In this document: positions 39,422-48,300 of the stretch, one piece after another
Position numbering within the stretch: the stretch's first letter is position 1
How the letters are laid out: each line of letters begins with the position of its first letter
IMG/VR virus record: IMGVR_UViG_3300023082_000012
Span: 1-54,294 of that record
From: a virus
Lineage: Duplodnaviria > Caudoviricetes
Length of the DNA stretch: 54,294 nt
Direction: 5' to 3' (one strand)
Program-made: the position numbers and the translations under genes
The notes under the pieces: generated by a model
What the model was told of the DNA's origin: nothing
The model's input: the letters and a program-made list of their open reading frames with translations, nothing else
Database searches by the model: none

Positions 39422-42400
39422 GCGCAGGATGTAAAGTAGTCTACAGTGGAGGGGTTGCAGGTGTCTTTGACGAGAACGGCAATCCTTCCGTCTTGTATGG
39501 AGATTTATTGACCTACTACGGTAACCAGGAAGACGCATTGGAAGCCTGGAGCCTTACCTACACTGACGAATACTCTGAGGTGGTGGGCAAAACGGATAGT
39601 GAATCCTCCATGGAAGACGTGCTTCGCTTCGCCACGGAATACCCGACCGTTGAAAGTCCCGTCTTAAGCGAAACGGATTTGAACCAAGTCACCACCCTTA
39701 TGTCCACAATGGGGATGTCATCCCTTGATGATTTCACCAAAGAGATGAACAGGCTTTTCAAACCCAACGGCATTTTTGAAGTGGATGCCAACCGTCTGTT
39801 TAAAAGTGGTGTGTATTCAATGGACGAAATTGACAGCTTACCCGTGGCAGAAATAAAAGGCTTCCTAGACAAGCTGAACAATTCAAATGTACTGACCGAA
39901 CAGTACTCCGTACCAAACAAACCTACGGTAAGGATAAAGAACCCCATGGGGGAAAAGACCATAATGGGGACTTATAAAACGGTTTCCGAAGATGATCTGG
40001 TGGAATATTTGGTACGAAACTCGGAGGGACCCACAGACACGGATTATGACCTGACTTTCAACAATTCCGATTATTCAGGTATAACGGACGTAGGGATAAG
40101 AGCCAGAATTTACGAGAAGGCAAGGACGCTCAGAGCCATACCGAAAGTATTCTTTGACGGTACTTCCTTCACCACGCAAAACGTTTCCACCGCCAACACC
40201 TTGAAAAACGTCTTGATGGCAGGCGTGGACCCCATCGAACTATACTCCGACGTGGAAGTTTTGGAAGACATATCCCCGACCGTGTGGGAAGCAAACCTTG
40301 ATCGTGTAGGCCGAGTTTTGGAGGGGGTGGAAAAAACCCTTATGAAGTATAACGTGGATGCAATAGGTATATCAGAAATCACCGACAGGGATACCGTAAT
40401 AAACATCCTCCATGCCGCAGAGGACATGATAGCCGTACCGACTTTGGAAAGCATCCAAACATTCGCGACCTTGAAAGATAGCTTCGTGGAACCTGCCAGC
40501 CCAAGCGTGGTAATGGAGATCGACCCCATATACGCGAACCGCGATATACGATATTTTGAATCCGGTATCTCACCTGACGAGGTATTCAGCCTATCGGAAA
40601 TGGTAAAGGTGGGGGATAATCTGTACCATGCCGTAGACATCAACGTAGACGAAACCTACAATTACCTTTCACAGCAGTACAGGGAAGGTATTTTGGGAAT
40701 CCCTGTGGGGTATATTGCGGAAGGTTCTCCAAGCGAAGGACAAATTTTGGAGGGAATAAAAAACTTCATAAACACGAGGGACGTAGGTTTCCGCGTTTCA
40801 AGTGCAGAGAACCAGGAGAAAATATCTTTGGCGCAGGTAGCCTTCAGGCATGCAAGGTTACAAGAAAAGATGACTCCCCCACCCGTTGAAAATACAGGTT
40901 ACCTTACGACAGATTTTGTGGGGGATTTCTACAGATTCATACTAGAGGAAAAGCAGAAGAACAGTGATTTATACGACAAGACCCTAAAATACTTCAGCAT
41001 AGGCGACGGCGACATAAACCTTAACTCGCTTACCTTACCCGACATCACGGGAATGAGGTTCGAGCAGGAATTAAGAAACTACGCCGCCCTAAAAAAAGAA
41101 GGCTACATAAAAAACCTTGCCCTGCCACAAACGGAAGTGAACGAGGGCATAGAGATGGTAAACGACCCTTCCAAAGCCAAGGAAATGCCCGAAGGCACGT
41201 TCATGGTCCACGACGCGGAAAACATCATAGCAAAGAACGTGGGAACGACTTACGCAAACGTGAACGGCACCCTGTTCAGGAAAGTGGTGGAAGATTTGGA
41301 CGGAAACTCTTTATTCCGCAAGGTAAATGTAAATACCGATAACGTATATTTTGACGCAAACCTTGACTTCTCCACCAATACGAGGGAAGCAAGGAGTATC
41401 CTGAAAAGCTATGCAGGCATAATTCAGACCCCTATGGAGTATGAAGCTAAAGTTGTGGGAGAGGACATCAAGATGTCTACGACAGAAGTGGCACCTGAAA
41501 TTAACGGAAGGATCATTACACAAGAAGTAATTGACAGACTTTCTGAAAACGGCTTGGCCCAAAATGTGTTCACCACTCAAGAAGAGTTAAGGGAGTATTT
41601 AAGCACCAAAGGATCAAGCAATGTAAACTTTATAATAGATGAAAATAATATACAGATAGGTCCAAAAGTCAAATTAAAGGCGTCACAATATGATATCAAG
41701 AGAGACTTTATGGAGGGAACTATGGGAATTCCCGTAGAAGACTTCCTAGATGTGACAGCCTTACAAGAATTGCAACCAGGGATAGATTTTAGCAACACAA
41801 AAATAAATTTTGAATATGTCACAATACCACTTACGAACAATATCTCAACCACCCTTGACATTGATGGGGCAAAGGTTAACAGCATTACTTTTCGTTATAA
41901 CGACATTGGAAGACAAGCTGAGACAGGATATCTCCGAAACTACGTGGCTCTCACAATTATGCACGAAGCTCAACACATCTTCGATACAAATGCTTCACGT
42001 AGTAACGGAACAACTCCTGGAAGAGTTCTCAGTCAAATATCCGGAAAGTTTGGAGATATTTCATCAAGAATTGTACCTCAGACTTACCCCACAGGAGAGA
42101 AAAGAATTGACGAAGCTTCCGGGGTTGCATACGGAATATATCTTGCAAACGATGGTGAACAACGAGCTAGAAAAAATACACTTCAAGAGTCAAAACTCCC
42201 AATAGGACTTTATAGTGTATATGAAACAAACATAGACGAGGATTTGGTATGGGAGACTTTTGACGAGATTAAGCCAGAGAATTTTCAAAGATACTATGAC
42301 CTAACAATGAAACAGTGGTTAGGTACACGAGATTTGGCAAATTACAACTTTCTAAAGACCCCCAATGGAACGGTCTACGGATTTACTACACCCGAAAATG

Positions 42401-42912
42401 ATGTCTATGTGGATTTAGAAGAAATGTCAAACAAAGATTTGGATAAGACATTTCTACATGAGTACGCCCACCTTTACATAAAAAATCTCTCACCCGAATT
42501 AAGGCAAAAAGGTCTTGATTTGGTTAGGGGCAGCATATATGAGGAAGAAGTAAAAAATAATCCCAACTACAAGGAATCGCAATTAGGAGAAGAAGCCTTA
42601 GTTAGGGCGATAGCCGACGAGGGAGTTAGGTTGAGGGATAATTTCAGGGGAAGGTTCGCCGCATGGCTAGATCAATTTTTTGATGCCATAAAAAATTCCT
42701 TGGGATTGTCTAACTATACTTCGGCCCAAGTAAAAAAAATGACTTTAAGAGATTACTCCCAAGCCGCCGCCATTGAAATGATGACGGGATTGAACTTACA
42801 AAAACCACAAGACTTTCAGATCGCCGCCGAAAACAACATAGTTATAGAGCGTAAATATACGGCTACCCAAGAAGACCAAATAAAAGATCAGTACGATGAT
42901 TGCAGGACATAA
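39412..42912 (+). CDS. Giant polyvalent-type cargo protein with two zincin (HExxH) motifs
   Basis: IMHEAQH near 41962, FLHEYAH near 42457 and a downstream EEALVRAI segment. Confidence 0.65.
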   Translation: MRISAGCKVVYSGGVAGVFDENGNPSVLYGDLLTYYGNQEDALEAWSLTYTDEYSEVVGKTDSESSMEDVLRFATEYPTVESPVLSETDLNQVTTLMSTMGMSSLDDFTKEMNRLFKPNGIFEVDANRLFKSGVYSMDEIDSLPVAEIKGFLDKLNNSNVLTEQYSVPNKPTVRIKNPMGEKTIMGTYKTVSEDDLVEYLVRNSEGPTDTDYDLTFNNSDYSGITDVGIRARIYEKARTLRAIPKVFFDGTSFTTQNVSTANTLKNVLMAGVDPIELYSDVEVLEDISPTVWEANLDRVGRVLEGVEKTLMKYNVDAIGISEITDRDTVINILHAAEDMIAVPTLESIQTFATLKDSFVEPASPSVVMEIDPIYANRDIRYFESGISPDEVFSLSEMVKVGDNLYHAVDINVDETYNYLSQQYREGILGIPVGYIAEGSPSEGQILEGIKNFINTRDVGFRVSSAENQEKISLAQVAFRHARLQEKMTPPPVENTGYLTTDFVGDFYRFILEEKQKNSDLYDKTLKYFSIGDGDINLNSLTLPDITGMRFEQELRNYAALKKEGYIKNLALPQTEVNEGIEMVNDPSKAKEMPEGTFMVHDAENIIAKNVGTTYANVNGTLFRKVVEDLDGNSLFRKVNVNTDNVYFDANLDFSTNTREARSILKSYAGIIQTPMEYEAKVVGEDIKMSTTEVAPEINGRIITQEVIDRLSENGLAQNVFTTQEELREYLSTKGSSNVNFIIDENNIQIGPKVKLKASQYDIKRDFMEGTMGIPVEDFLDVTALQELQPGIDFSNTKINFEYVTIPLTNNISTTLDIDGAKVNSITFRYNDIGRQAETGYLRNYVALTIMHEAQHIFDTNASRSNGTTPGRVLSQISGKFGDISSRIVPQTYPTGEKRIDEASGVAYGIYLANDGEQRARKNTLQESKLPIGLYSVYETNIDEDLVWETFDEIKPENFQRYYDLTMKQWLGTRDLANYNFLKTPNGTVYGFTTPENDVYVDLEEMSNKDLDKTFLHEYAHLYIKNLSPELRQKGLDLVRGSIYEEEVKNNPNYKESQLGEEALVRAIADEGVRLRDNFRGRFAAWLDQFFDAIKNSLGLSNYTSAQVKKMTLRDYSQAAAIEMMTGLNLQKPQDFQIAAENNIVIERKYTATQEDQIKDQYDDCRT

Positions 42913-43339
42913 CGAAGATTGCCACGAAGAATCCAAAGAAGGAAAATCCTGCGGAAGGCCGGTGGATGAAAAGGAAATAGTAAAGGTATGGTCCAACGCC
43001 CACATATCAAAAGCCATATTCGATTGGAGCCTTTTCACGGCAAGCCCCACACATTCCACGGTCCTGCATCCGATATTCCGTTTTAAGGGCAAGGATTACA
43101 TAGGGGTAAGGGAAAACATCCTGAACGGGGAAGTGATAACGGTAGGTAAACTACAATTCAAATACTTTGTCTTGGGCAACAAAAAATTATTCAAGGATGG
43201 ACGCATAGCAAACAGGATAGAACGTGTAGACGGCTACTCCATGGCAAACCTTGACGTCACAAATTCCAAGGTTGGATCGTTGATACTCATAAACAGGTTA
43301 AGCGTGGACAAGATTCTGGATTTGCACAATAATATATAA
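42896..43339 (+). CDS. Hypothetical protein
   Basis: 147-aa ORF overlapping the upstream stop; start uncertain. Confidence 0.55.
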   Translation: MIAGHNEDCHEESKEGKSCGRPVDEKEIVKVWSNAHISKAIFDWSLFTASPTHSTVLHPIFRFKGKDYIGVRENILNGEVITVGKLQFKYFVLGNKKLFKDGRIANRIERVDGYSMANLDVTNSKVGSLILINRLSVDKILDLHNNI

Positions 43340-43389
43340 TTTAACAAAACTTTAATGATAATTTCATTATAGATATGGAATAAATTAGT

Positions 43390-43397
43390 TAAGTTTG
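43390..43397 (+). promoter_or_regulatory. TAAGTTTG -7 element heading the small-gene island
   Basis: Matches TAnnTTTG and ends 17 nt before the ATG at 43415. Confidence 0.5.
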
Positions 43398-43414
43398 CAG
43401 AAATTAGAATTGAA

Positions 43415-43711
43415 ATGGAAAGTCAGATAAATTTTTTACAGGTAGTGCAGATGACCGACGAACAAAAATTGGAAATGTACATGAAACTATCCAAAAAAGA
43501 GTTGTCCACTATGTTGATTGAATGTAACAGGACTATAAACAATATGCAACCACAATTAGGAGGATATCTGTCCAATCCCTACAATCAATCCATAGGTAAC
43601 CAAATACCTTGCCTACACGACGGACTACCACAAAACGAACCACATTGTTTGAGTTGTCCTTGTCCAAAATGTAGTCCACAATTTATAAACATGTATGGCA
43701 CGATTAATTAA
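43415..43711 (+). CDS. Hypothetical with C-terminal Cys cluster (CLH...CLSCPCPKC)
   Basis: ORF track; possible Zn site. Confidence 0.65.
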   Translation: MESQINFLQVVQMTDEQKLEMYMKLSKKELSTMLIECNRTINNMQPQLGGYLSNPYNQSIGNQIPCLHDGLPQNEPHCLSCPCPKCSPQFINMYGTIN

Positions 43712-43868
43712 AGAAACACCAATACTAACAGGTAAAGACGTTGAACGGTTTATATACAATATGAATAATCCTAAGAAAGTCAGCAAAGAAGAAATAGAGA
43801 GGTTAAAGGAGTCTTATCTCAAATTTAAAAATATGTTGAAAAGAAACGATTTAGAAATAACTATTTAA
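43695..43868 (+). CDS. 57-aa MARLIKETPILTGKD protein, putative orphan antitoxin of Bacteroidota GNAT toxin pairs (missing from ORF track)
   Basis: Hand translation: MARLIKETPILTGKDVERFIYNMNNPKKVSKEEIERLKESYLKFKNMLKRNDLEITI*. Its stop overlaps the next ATG (TAATG). Confidence 0.7.
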   Translation: MARLIKETPILTGKDVERFIYNMNNPKKVSKEEIERLKESYLKFKNMLKRNDLEITI

Positions 43869-44134
43869 TGGAAGATATAAAATTACCAGATTACCCGTAC
43901 CCTCCAGTAAGTAAAGATATAATGGAATTAGAAGAGGTTATGTTTAATTTTAAGAGTATATCTTTAAGAAATAAGAACGAAGAAGAAATGACTACCATAC
44001 AAGTACCCAACGGAAGTTATGTAATTACCTTGGACATTATTAACAAGCTCAATAAGTCCACAGTTAAATTGACATTTAACGAATGGCTAGAAGTAATCGA
44101 GGGAGAGAATGCAGGAAGGCTTATCAAAATATAA
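43868..44134 (+). CDS. Hypothetical protein
   Basis: Coupled start, 88 aa. Confidence 0.6.
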   Translation: MEDIKLPDYPYPPVSKDIMELEEVMFNFKSISLRNKNEEEMTTIQVPNGSYVITLDIINKLNKSTVKLTFNEWLEVIEGENAGRLIKI

Positions 44135-44191
44135 CCAAGCCACAAAATACACAAGGGTTGATCCAAGCATGGGCATTAAATTAAGATAATT

Positions 44192-44364
44192 ATGAAATAT
44201 GAAAGAGATATTAATATTCACCAGCCTGAAAACATCAGGTACCTATTTTAAGGGGATGTGTAAACGAAATTTGTTTTTGTTCGGGAGAGTGCAAAAAAGT
44301 AGTTGGATATCGAGAAAAATCAGAACTAGAAAAATTACAGGATTGGAAAAATAAATCGTTTTGA
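44192..44364 (+). pseudogene. Possible frameshifted small Cys-motif gene
   Basis: MKYERDINIHQPE starts at 44192. A start-less frame from 44230 reads KHQVPILRGCVNEICFCSGECKKVVGYREK...* and its TGA overlaps the HNH TTG. Confidence 0.3.
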
Positions 44365-44753
44365 TAGTCATACACCCTAAAATAGATAATTTCAAGAGAT
44401 TCCAAAATAACTATGGAATGGAGGACAAGTTTCCCTCCATAGAAGGATTGTGCGCTTGTGGATGCGGAGAGGTTTTAACAGGGAGACAAAGGAAATGGTC
44501 CAATCCAACACATGCCCATGCAGGTTATACAGAATTGTCTATAATAAAAGGGAATACTAAAATAATTAGATACTTTCTATCCTTGCGTGAAAATAAAATA
44601 TGTAGGATGTGTGGACTACTTTGCAAAGAAAACGAATGGCATGCGGACCATATCATACCAGTACATAAAGGTGGGGGTGGATGTACATTAGATAATTTTC
44701 AGACATTGTGTATTCCTTGCCACAAGGATAAAACAAATTTAGACTTAAAGTAA
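44361..44753 (+). CDS. HNH endonuclease with Zn motifs
   Basis: CACGCG, CRMCG and WHADHIIPV...DNFQTLCIPCHKDKT motifs. Confidence 0.85.
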   Translation: MIVIHPKIDNFKRFQNNYGMEDKFPSIEGLCACGCGEVLTGRQRKWSNPTHAHAGYTELSIIKGNTKIIRYFLSLRENKICRMCGLLCKENEWHADHIIPVHKGGGGCTLDNFQTLCIPCHKDKTNLDLK

Positions 44754-44796
44754 ATGAAAAAACAATTTGATGCGTTGTAGTTAAATCTACAACAAA

Positions 44797-44982
44797 ATGA
44801 GCACACACAGATTAAACAGGCAAAAAGCTAAAAATTCGACTAAAAACAGGGAGTACAACATCTATTTTCAATACCTTTTAGAAGGAAGGTGGGACGACGA
44901 TTACTATCTCAGCTTTAACAGTAACTATAGGAAGTACAGAAGCTGGAAACACAACAGAAAAACACAATGGAAACAGAATTAA
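44797..44982 (+). CDS. Small basic hypothetical protein
   Basis: 61 aa ending RSWKHNRKTQWKQN and overlapping the next gene. Confidence 0.6.
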   Translation: MSTHRLNRQKAKNSTKNREYNIYFQYLLEGRWDDDYYLSFNSNYRKYRSWKHNRKTQWKQN

Positions 44983-45332
44983 AAAAGTTAAAAGAATTCA
45001 TGGAAAATTTGGATATCAAAGGTATGCCAATCCATGATTTTATTAAAATGGCTTGTTCCGATGAAGGAGAAAAATACCTGAAATTAAAAACAGAACAAAA
45101 GCTATATGTTTTTGTCAACGGTTTTGGATTAAGGCCATTCAAGGCAACGAGGGAAGAAAAATTACCTCGCTATCCCGCACAATATATTGGTAAATATAAA
45201 TTACCTAAAGGAGTAAAATTAGGGAGTGGTAGTAGGTGGGTAGATTTAGATTATTATTTTGATGAAAATCAGATTTATGTAACTAAGGAGAGTGCTTACG
45301 AACAAACACAATACAAAACTAATGGCTTGTAG
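44967..45332 (+). CDS. Hypothetical protein
   Basis: 121 aa, overlapping both neighbours. Confidence 0.6.
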   Translation: METELKKLKEFMENLDIKGMPIHDFIKMACSDEGEKYLKLKTEQKLYVFVNGFGLRPFKATREEKLPRYPAQYIGKYKLPKGVKLGSGSRWVDLDYYFDENQIYVTKESAYEQTQYKTNGL

Positions 45333-48300
45333 CATACAAAGAAACAGCGAAGGATTGATTACGAAAGTGACGGCACCAAACGGTCAGCCGTCTCTCGCAT
45401 TTTATAAAATACACTCCACTCCCTATCTGGGAGAGGCGGACATGTCAAACCAAATTTACTCAAACCTGTACTCCCCCGAAATCCAACAAATGTTTGATGG
45501 TGTAAGTGAAGGAGTAAACGATGGTGCAAATACTTATATGGATTCAGGCGAGCCGCGTATCTACTACAAGTACGGTAACGTGTTGCCGCAGGAAACCTTG
45601 GAAGCGGGTCTCATATCCGGTGAAGCCTTGGGTATGGTTGAGATGGGTATCATAAATCCCAAAAACGGCGAGTTCATAAAACTTGCCCATTTCCAGACCA
45701 ATTCAAGCGAAAGGGCCCAAGGCATCACGGACGGAATTAGAAGTGGTCTGTTATCACCCGAGCGTGTATTGGGACAGGATGGAATCACACGTTTTCAGGG
45801 AAAAGGCGCCTACGTGCCAGACAGACGGGGAACGGCAAGATTATTCCAGGAAGATTTTCAGGCCCAGACAGGCATCGCCGCCAAGGTAAACCAAGACGGT
45901 ACCATAGAAATAGCTTCCAACCCGGATTTTGTAACGGCAGAAAAATCGGATGGTAGCACACAGGTAGTACACATTTCGGAAATAGAAGGACTGATGGACC
46001 AAAAGAACATCACCAACAAAGCCCAACTTTTGGCAGTGTCGAGCAACTTCCTTACCGCCACATTAAACAGTCCGAACGCCGTAACCACCGCCTCGGAACA
46101 AAATTATGCACGAAGGCTACAAAGCTTCCTACAGTCACTTGGAATTTCCGTAATGTCAATGGAAGACTACAACAAAGGCTCCTCCACAAGACACGGATAC
46201 GACCCCTCGGTGCAGGGATTGGTAGACCTTGACAACAGGGTACTGGCAATAGCCGAAGGGGTTGACGCAACCGACGTAATAACGGAAGAAGTGTCCCACC
46301 TGGCAATCGCCGCCTACGCGGACCAGAATTCCATAGCCGCAGCCTTGTCGGAAGTGATAGACCACCCCGAATACGCACAATGGGCCCAGATTTACAGACA
46401 AAAATATAGCGAGCAATATTCTGATCCTTTGGAACTTGAGGACGCCGTAAGAAAAGAGATTTTAGGCAAGATTTTAGCCCGTAGGATAGCACAGAGGGGA
46501 CTCAACTCCGACTCCATGAGCACTTTGTGGAACAGGTTCGTCGAGTATATCCGATCAATCTTCAAACCTTCCCACAGACGTATGTTCGACAGGCTCGTGG
46601 AGGGATTGTCGGCGGACGTCTTGGGCGGTAACTTTGCGGAGTTCGGCGGGGATTTGGGCAGAGGTACGTTTTTTAGTTTGAAGGGGGAGAGGGGAATTGA
46701 TGACATCTTAGCCCAGACTGCCGAAGAAATAAACGTCTTAGGAAGGGCCTTGAAACAAGGTAAAGCCAGAGGACTTTCAGTAGAGAGTGTACCCGGTATT
46801 ATGAGTGGCAAGCAACGATTGGACAGAATAAACGAGTTCACTAAAAAATTTGAAACCCAACTAAGAATATTACAACAAAAAGTCGATAAAGGGCAACTAT
46901 CCGCAATTGACCACGTAAGATATTTAGGTATAAGAGACTTGATTTCTAACAGGGCACCAAGTTTTGAGGAAGCATTAAAGGTAATGCAGGAAGACACAAC
47001 ACTTAAAAGGGCTGCCATAGAATTAGATAAGAGGGTAAAAAACTTATACTCCGTGAGTAATGGCATGTCCCCTAAAATGACAATCGTGTTTGACGAACTA
47101 TTCAACAGCCTTATAAATAAGGAAGTTCAGGATAGGGGTATGACAGCAGAGGAGGAACAAATGTTCAGGGACGCCTTTAACGCCACCATGCGCGACATAA
47201 ACGTTGTAGCCAGTATGTTGGGAATGATGTCGGAATCTTCAAACCCTTACCTAAGCCTTTTGGCAAAACAGGGTATAAAATTGAGGACAGAAACAACGTT
47301 AAGGTCTTCTAAAGTTGTAAACGAGTTTTTGGACAAGGCTACGGAAAAGAAATGGATTGATTCAAAGATGCAAGCATCCATTCTGGAAAAAGATGAAGAA
47401 GGTAAATTTACCGGCTACCTAGAATCTGCGGTAAATATGAATTTATACGATAAGCGCGAGAAAAAGAGGGCTACCGAAATAATTGCCCGCATACAAGAAA
47501 AAGAGGTAAGCGAGGTAGAAAAACTTTTGGAGAAGAGTTCTGCAAAGGAATTATTAAAAACAGCCGACGAATCAGCCATGTTTGACGACATGATGGATAA
47601 AGAGTTTTACAGGAACGAGCGGGGGAATTATAACACGGAAGAGGACAGAAACAAAAAAGAAGACAAGTATACTGAAGCAGGAGTTTCTCCCCAAACAATA
47701 GCCCACATTGCAAACGAGCGACGTGCCATAAACGAGATAAACGCTGCATATAGGGAGGATAATATGCCAGTAGACTTGTCCGTGATGTCAGAAGAGGACA
47801 GAATAATCTTGGAGGACGAAAACACCCGCCTACAAAACAAACGGGCCCCAATAGACCAAAACGGTATGATTCGTGACGGGTTAAAAGTGGCAAAATACGC
47901 AAACCTTTCACAAAAACAAAAAGAGGCCATGCCACTATATGGAACGGAAGACTTCAATAAAATTTTGGAGGGGTATAACGGTAATTTTATAGTGGTTGAC
48001 GATATAAGTTCAAAAGAAGATTTGGACGACGAAACAAGATATGTTTTGGATCAGTTTAACCTTAACCTTCTTAGTAGAAGAGAGTACCTTAACGCGGGGA
48101 CAAAATCAGCTTCAGACATATTCTTTGAAACCTTAAATTCAAAAACCACTCCCCAAGAAAAATTCAGGTTTAGTATAGATAACGGTAGGATAGGATTTTC
48201 GGATACCTTTTATTCAACGGCCATATTAGGGACGACATATTACGAAACAGCCCAGAAACAGGTTGACGGTATGCCCGAGGGTCCAAAGAAAAAGTCTATG

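Noticed and set aside
44361-44753. HNH as a terminase-associated packaging nuclease or RNA-guided IscB-like protein
   Set aside because: It is far from terL, has no RuvC or PLMP motifs and has no adjacent space for a structured RNA.
45292-45321. GTG start of the last giant ORF given in the track
   Set aside because: ATG 45322 has an A-rich leader and gives an MAC start resembling the paralogous N-terminus.
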